Made by a program: the position numbers and the translations under genes. From contig JAWLBR010000002.1 of NCBI GenBank assembly GCA_041687495.1, positions 11,349 through 75,348 of the forward strand: 64,000 nucleotides of DNA, given 5' to 3'. Numbering within the stretch: position 1 is the first letter of the stretch; each line of letters starts with the position of its first letter. The stretch comes from Limnochordia bacterium. Its GTDB lineage: Bacteria; Bacillota; Limnochordia; DTU087; JAAYGB01. Positions 63,998 to 64,000 of this stretch are shown here, one piece after another. The notes beneath the pieces are model-generated. The model was not told the origin of the DNA. It saw only the letters and a list, made by a program, of their open reading frames with translations, and ran no database searches.

Positions 63998-64000
63998 CTA

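Overview
This 64-kb window is a chromosomal segment from a moderately GC-rich endospore-forming Firmicute, and I support about 60 protein-coding genes and no rRNA, tRNA, CRISPR array or recognisable IS/transposase. The spore-former call rests on a CotJC-type Mn-catalase, a SleB-like cortex-lytic enzyme with LysM domains, spmA-spmB, a GerE-like LuxR regulator and Gly/Tyr-rich coat-like proteins. Several signal-peptide proteins also look like outer-membrane beta-barrels, which suggests a diderm cell envelope.

Main recognisable blocks:
- An rnfCDGEAB operon on the minus strand (2760-7792).
- Genes for osmC/ohr, queT, Zn-ADH, a G1PDH/AraM-like Fe-ADH and copZ.
- A cadC/arsR plus P1B-ATPase metal-resistance pair.
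- An ldt-spmA-spmB operon.
- A polar amino-acid ABC transporter, csp, a MATE exporter, a Ca-type P-ATPase, mscS and an EamA transporter.
- A GH63-like hydrolase, cytidine deaminase and a MaoC dehydratase.
- A duplicated DUF1538 membrane protein paired with a tandem P-II-like protein.
- A nitroreductase, a type IV minor-pilin cluster (PilX-like plus two prepilins), an MFS transporter, a lemA-DUF2207 pair and a BCCT transporter.
- A ccsA/ccmF-like, norC, norB (cNOR-type nitric oxide reductase) operon on the minus strand at the right end.

The most unusual region is 45.4-50.7 kb. It holds two paralogous secreted about 200-aa proteins, then an operon of a secreted two-domain beta-sandwich protein (chaperone/DUF916-like) translationally coupled to a 902-aa secreted protein. 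That large protein has N-terminal Ig-like repeats, a Trp/Tyr/Asp-rich beta-barrel-like core and two C-terminal carboxypeptidase-regulatory-like domains. A porin-like OMP lies nearby. I flag it as a candidate uncharacterised surface-fibre or secretion/assembly system.

Other notable signals: a cluster of 6-7 DnaA boxes far from any dnaA; two same-frame ORFs of a ferritin/Coat-F-like protein separated by a single amber codon; a preQ1-I-like hairpin-tail upstream of queT; perfect 60-bp coding tandem repeats in an acidic protein; and operator-like palindromes in the copZ and arsR promoters.
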